Assembly (NCBI GenBank): GCA_009103225.1
Contig: RHPI01002069.1
Location: 2,008,846 to 2,072,845, forward strand
Origin: Chlorokybus atmophyticus
Lineage: Eukaryota; Plantae; Mesostigma and Chlorokybus algae
DNA: 64,000 bases
Reading direction: 5' to 3'
Position numbers and translations under genes: made by a program. Below the pieces are notes generated by a model, which saw only the letters and a program-made list of their open reading frames with translations, was not told the origin of the DNA and did not search any database. Positions 58,494 through 64,000 of the stretch are shown here, piece by piece (position 1 is the stretch's first letter; each line of letters opens with the position of its first letter).

Positions 58494-60016
58494 ACTACTG
58501 GCCCACAAGGAGATGCGGAAGTACATGGACCAAGAGGAGGAGATGATGGAGATCTTCTGGTGACTGAAGAAGAAGAGTACGTGAAGTACTTGGAAGAGGA
58601 GGCGTCCTTGATACGTGGGAGCTGAAGATGTCAGCTCGTGTTGCTGAGTGCGAGGAATACTTGGTGGAGCGTGGTGAAGCGCGTTAAGGAATGCGAGAGG
58701 CAACCCGTGGTAAGCACGTTGATGTGCTTGGTGGAAGGAAGGGGAGCAGATGGCAACCCTTGAGGTCGAGCACGGTGGAGTGTTTGATGGACCTTCCGAG
58801 AAGGGGAGCGAGGGCAGTCCTTGGTGAAGCACGGTAAAGTGCTTGGTACTTTGGTTGAAGCATGTGGAGTGCTTGGTTGAAGGTGCATGCGAGGAAGCGT
58901 GATGAGCATCCTGGAAGCGTGATCACTTGGAAGCTGGACATTGAGCATCCTAGAGGCGTGAAGCTTGGAGGCTATACGCAGAAGCATGTGGACGTGGACA
59001 TGAAGATGGCCATGGTGTGCGCAAGGTTGCTGCATTGACAAGGGTGGTTGAGGATGGAGTTTCAAGATACCACAAGGTCATGAGCAACAAGGAGGCACGG
59101 ATAGGTTGCGATTGCGGAGCCCGTGGGAGCTGCAAGTGGTGGAAAGCAAGTTGACCAGAGGAGTCATGGGCTGATACCAGAGGCGGAGGCACTGTCAACG
59201 AGGACAGATGCAGCGGGTGCATGAAGGCAACATGTATGTACAGCAAGGAGCAAGGTTGGTGGTCAACCATGAGGCTCGAGTTGCTGTGGAAGTGAATGAC
59301 TTCAAGATCATCCATGAGAAGCATAGAGGCACGAGAACAAAAGGTGAAGGCTTGCGTGAGAGCAAGCGGTGTGCGTGAGTAATGGAGGAGCTGATGTTGA
59401 AGGACAAGCTGCCCGCGTGGGAGTGTTGAAGGTATTACATGGGTGATGCTTGTATCCGGTCAGCTTGCCCTTCATACAGGAGTCGAGGGTCGAAGGTACC
59501 AGGAAGAAGCGCGTGGACTCCAGACTTAGCAAGACGGTCGAGTCATGACGGACTCCGGACCAGGCTGCTTGGTAGAGCCTTCAAAGAAATCGCGTAGCTT
59601 TGTGGATACGTAAGCTTAGCAGGCATGGCTTAGCTTGTTGAAAAGCTCTGGTTGTGATCTAGACAGCGTAGCTTACAGAACAGCAATCGGCTGAGTATAG
59701 CGCACGCGGTGCTTGCCAATGTAGACGTGTGTAGAGACTGGCGGGGTATAAAGCCCAGACTTGTTGCAATGAAGAAAAGAGGTCACGATGTAGCATGTGT
59801 GCGTATGCTATGGCGGCAGTAGCAGTTATACTCCTGTGTTGGTGTTGTTGGCGTGTCACTTGCACGTGTGTATGTCAACACCCTCATAGTGACAAGTGCT
59901 CTATGCAGCTGGTCTGCTGCTGCCGGGTAGTACGGGCAGGTGGAGTCGGTGTTCTCCCTGGTGTACATGCTGTGCTGTAGGACACACAGTCAACAAGCCA
60001 CTACCATAGGTAGCGC

Positions 60017-60589
60017 TGTTTACACAGTTCTTTGCATGAGTGGAAGAGAGATTGTACTGTTAAGTGAGATGAATGAGCAAGCAACACGTGGATGCCATGC
60101 ATTGACTGATGCCAACAAGCACACCGCGACCAAGTACACCAAGCTCACAACAAGGACAAGCACAGTGCACAAGAGCATGCACAGGCTCTCACACGGTGAG
60201 GGGATTCTTGGGAACCGGGACGGTGTGTTTCGTAGTTCAAATCGCTTCACAAGCTCTTAGCTTTCTCACTCACAGTGTCACCAGCTGATCCGGTGAACAC
60301 GGTGCCTACTTATACAAGTCAAATCATGACTGTTCAGAACATAAGCTAACGGTTATATCGAGGCTATTTCCGAAGAAATCCCCACTCGATATAGAACCCA
60401 ACTTATAACTGAACTCACAACTAAACAGCTACGCGCGGTGCCTATGTAGGCTATGGTCATGAGCTACTCTAGAGACATGACCTAGCTACTGGTCAGTGAC
60501 GCACACGGGTCGCCATGCTGGTAAGCCGGGCGAGGGTCTCGCTGTAGGCCCGATGAAGACTGGCATGCTCAGGCGATAGGCATGACAGC
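60017..60589 (-). mobile_element. Probable U5/R part of a further LTR (element D), interrupted at 60589 by Gypsy-C
   Basis: The minus strand ends ...GTGTAAACA, with a TATAAG ~300 bp upstream and a GT-rich tail like the other LTRs here. No partner copy is in the window. Confidence 0.45.
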
Positions 60590-63500
60590 TGTCGGGTCGA
60601 GGGGAGTCGAGGGTCACTCTGTCTCGGACAGCTGCAGGGACAGACATGCTTGCTAGACATGCTACTGCGCCACATTTGTAACGCGCAGCAAAAGCAAAAG
60701 ATAACCCAACCCTCATTGTGACAAGTGCTTTGTGCAGCTGGTCTGCTGCTGCCGGGTTGTATGGGCAGGTGGAGTCGGTGTTCTCCCTAGTGTACATGCT
60801 GTGCTGTAGGACACACAGTCAACAAGCCACCCCCCCTGAGCTTTGGGGGAGGTTCCAGCTCCAGAGCTCAGCTGCTAACGCAAGTGAGGAGGGCCGTTGG
60901 TACGGCAATCGTCGCACCAATACTCCTCCATGGGTATTGCGTCCAAAGGTGGCTCTAGGCAGTAGCAATGCGAGCCCTTGTTGCAGCCATTGCAGAGCAT
61001 CATGAGTGCGTCGTCGTCGGCGCTGCCGCAGCGTTCACAGCGTGTGCTGCGCGCGGGACGAGGGTGCTGGATACGCCCGAAGCCGGCTACGTAAGGAAGG
61101 TGACATGGCGCGCAGTTCACCGTGTTGTCCTTCAACCTCTCTCCGTTTTGACCGAGGAGGTCCAACACCCCTGTGGGGTACACTTTGAGTACCTTGTAGA
61201 CGGTGCGGCCCACGGAGGTGTCAAGCGTGTCTTTGGTGGCTGCCACGCGATAGGCAAAGTCCCCCGCTTGGAACCGCCGTTGGCGCTCTTTGTAGAAGCC
61301 GCTGCGTACGCGCTCGTAGCGCAGCGTGTTGCGGTGCTGCGTGATGCGCAGGTTGTTAAAGGCCATGGGGACGGTGCGCTCGAAAAGCGCGGGGCGCGTG
61401 GTGATGTCGTGGTGCATCCAGTCAGGGTCGTTGAGGTTGTCCACGACGCGATCCACCTCCTGCTACGCACGAAAGGGGAGCAATGGTGGTCGCCCGAACA
61501 GCAGGTAGTACGGGCTGTACTCACGCAGAGCCGCCTGCTTTGACAATCGATATCCGAGGACCACCCACGGGAGGTGGTCATCCCAAGTGTTCTTCTCATA
61601 CTCCAGCACGTACTTACGGAGTGCCTTCTTGATGGTCTGCACTGTACGCTCGGCGAGACCGTCGGCTTGAGGGTGATCACGCGAGGTACGACAGTGGTCG
61701 ATGTAACACTTGTCCAAGAGGGTGTCGAACTCCCCTCTGAACTCAGTACCTTGGTCAGTGATGACCTCGGCGCAGCTGCCAAATCGGCTGAGAACGTGAG
61801 AGAGGAAGGCACCCCCCTGCTGCTCTTGTCGGGTAATGGTACCAGCTCCACCCATTTGGAGAAGTGCTCGATCATGATTAGGATGTAACGGTTGCCACGC
61901 GCTGAGGGTGCCAAGTCTCCCAAGATGTCGAGCCCCCATCGATAAAAGAGACCGGAGATGGGGAGTGGGTGTAGGGTGGCGCTACGCGTGTTGAGGCTGG
62001 CGCGCACCATGTTACACTGCTGGCAGTGGCTGACGAACCCCTGCACCTGTTTTGTTAACCGATACCACCAATATTGTGCCCTCACTAAGCTGACTGTACG
62101 CTTGACACCGAAGTGTCCAAGCTCAGTGTGGAGGGAAGTGATGATGCCCTCGCGCGTGACTGGTGTCGGCACTTCCTTGTCTTCGTCATGGAAGCGGCGA
62201 TATAGCTTGTCACCTGCCCATCGATAGTGACGGGTGCGTTGGTTGACACGGTCCTTTACGCGGGCACTCATGCCGGAGGGAAGCTGGCCACTTTGAAGAA
62301 AGGAGAGTGATGGCTTGTCCAGCCATATGTCCTGCCGGGTGTCAGTGGGCGCCAGCTCTGTGTCATCAACTTCAATGTCAACTGCGTGGGCGTCTTCCAA
62401 GGGTGTGGTTGCCGCAGGGCCGGTAGGCTGAAGGGCAGGAATCTCCTCTGCCATTGCTGAGGCAATGGTGTTGGTCTTGTGCCCTGAGCGCAACGCGGCA
62501 GCCGCAAACATGGCTGCCATGGTGGGGGTTGTTGCTGCAGGGACGAGCTCATGCCGAGCTCCAGTTGCATCGTTGATGCTGAGGTGAGGGTTGCGACTGA
62601 GGCCATCGGCGTCTTGGTTGGTGAGGCCAGCGCGGTGGTCGATCTCGTACTGCTGCAACAGCAAGGCCCATCGAGCAAGTTTCCCTGTCAGATGTTGGTT
62701 GGTCATCAGCCACTTGAGGGGCTGATGATCGGTGATTAGCTGGAACTGCCGACCAAAGAGGAAGGGTCAGAAGAAGGAGATGGCCCACACTGCAGCGAGG
62801 CACCCCCCCTTGTAGCTGCTGTAGTTGGCCTCGGCGTTATTGTTGCTTCGGCTGGCGTATGACACCACCCGCTCCTTCTTGTTCTCAATCGTGCTACACC
62901 AGCACCGCTCCCATCCCCAGCTTGCTCTCGTCGGTATGAAGGATGAAAGGCTTGGCGTAGTCCGGACGTTGAAGGATGGGAGCGGTGGTGAGCCTGCTTT
63001 TCAGCTCCTCGAAGGCCTGCTGTTGCGGCTCCTTCCATGCGAACTCCACCTCCTTCTTCGATAGCTTGTTGAGGGGCCTTGCGATCTTCGCGAAGTCCTT
63101 CACGAACCGGCGATAGTAGTTGGCAAGTCTCAAAAAAGCGCGCCGACGTGTGAGGTCTGTCGGGGCAGAGATAGCTGCCAGAGCCTCTACTATTGCCTGC
63201 TGCACATACACACCGTGGGGCACAATCATGTGCCCTAAGTACAGCACCTTGTGGGTGAAAAAGGTACACTTGTCGGGGTGTACGGTCATCCCCACTCCCT
63301 TGAGTCGTTTCAGCACCGCTTCGATGTGCTGAAGATGCTCCTCGTTGCTGCGGCTGAAGATGAGGATGTCATCGATGTAGCACCGCGCGAAGTCCAGCCC
63401 CTTCAAGGCCTTGTCCATGACGCGTTGAAACTTGGCGGGGGCATTCTTCAGCCCAAACGGCATTACCTTCCATTGGTACAACCATCGGTTGCCCCAGAAG

Positions 63501-64000
63501 AAGGTCTTGTGCTTGTCCTCGTCCTTGATGGCGATTTGGTTGTACCCTTGACGCATGTGCAGGATGCTGAAGACTGTGCAGTCTCCCACATCATCAAAGA
63601 TACCCTCTGCTGTGGGCATGGGGTACCTGTCTTGCTTGGTCTTGTTGTTGAGGGGGCGATAGTCGCCACACATGCGTCGCTCTGTCCAGTTGCCTGCTGA
63701 ATTCTTCTTCAGTGGCATGACGGTTGCTGCTGTGAAGTCCGATGTGGACTCTTCGATAAGGCCTGCATCAAGTAGCGCCTTACATTCCTGCTCCACCAGG
63801 TCCTCTTCCAACTTGGACAGCCTGTATTGCCGCCGGAACACCAGCTCAGTGTCCACCAGCTCGATGTCCATCTGGTACACTGAGCATGTACCCAATGCCT
63901 TCACATTGAAGCTGAATTGGCTCCTCCATTTGTCGAGGAGAGCCTCCAGCTTCTCTCGAGTGTCTTTTGTGGCCAAAGGGCCAATGGCATGGTCCCATGA
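60590..64000 (-). mobile_element. Gypsy-C: Ty3/Gypsy retrotransposon 3' part (RT, RNase H, integrase, PHD finger, PPT, 3' LTR 60590-60829); decayed and continues beyond the window
   Basis: RRMCGDYRPLN, FGLKNAPAKFQ, CYIDDILI, HTELGH...CQQC, WGLDILG, ITDQGTEFRG, DGLAERTVQTIK and PHD CERC...LCNGCNKGSHCYCLEPPL...WCDDC. A G7 PPT abuts the LTR. Several frameshifts and stops. Confidence 0.95.

Larger units (their letters stand above)
52770..59880 (+). mobile_element. Copia-A: non-autonomous, internally condensed Ty1/Copia element (LTRs 52770-53226 and 59424-59880), interrupted by Copia-B
   Basis: 457-bp LTRs with about 16 differences, perfect TSD CCCTC, PBS GGTTATGGGCCCA at 53227 and gag start MDSLKIAIGLLDVDDYNTWSVKMELLL (53360) resuming at 58499. 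Tract AAGCTGCCCGCGTGGGAG precedes the 3' LTR. Confidence 0.92.
52645..60000 (-). mobile_element. Gypsy-C LTR copy 1 (240 bp: 52645-52769 + 59886-60000), split by Copia-A
   Basis: After removing Copia-A it matches LTR 60590-60829 with about 7 differences. It has TG...CA termini and no TSD (GGGGT / CTACC). Confidence 0.88.

Noticed and set aside
52770-59880. Fungal-style RIP (CpA to TpA) acting on repeats
   Set aside because: LTR-pair differences include CG, CC and CT contexts plus transversions, density is low, and stop-codon counts are ascertainment-biased.
52645-60829. DIRS-like split direct repeats or a TRIM formed by the two Gypsy-C LTR copies
   Set aside because: The associated element has a DDE integrase, and the 589-bp spacer has no PBS or PPT next to the LTRs.

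Overview
Eukaryotic, intron-rich DNA, most likely a green-lineage alga: plant-like orthologues, GT-AG introns full of CA/GC microsatellites, standard genetic code. Bases 1-41.7 kb hold 11 spliced housekeeping genes, mostly in divergent pairs: MDR oxidoreductase (partial), HAD hydrolase, RNFT-type RING protein, LIMR/LMBR1-like protein, RNA polymerase III subunit 2, REV7, malonyl-CoA decarboxylase, TMEM208, a [2Fe-2S]-TPR protein, GPN3 and SLX9. Bases 41.7-64 kb are a transposon cluster. It begins with a decayed multi-gene Helentron/Helitron2-type element (HUH Rep + PIF1 helicase) that also carries a GIY-YIG nuclease, an unknown spliced gene and an inverted-repeat-flanked coiled-coil/RING cassette. 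A stack of LTR elements follows: a near-intact Copia inside a non-autonomous Copia inside a Gypsy LTR, then a further LTR fragment and a Gypsy whose integrase ends in a PHD finger. The best novelty candidates are the cargo and terminal architecture of the Helitron-like element and a perfect 45-bp intronic hairpin. Gene models, alignments and mismatch counts were made by eye, and protein identities rest on recalled family motifs, not database searches.
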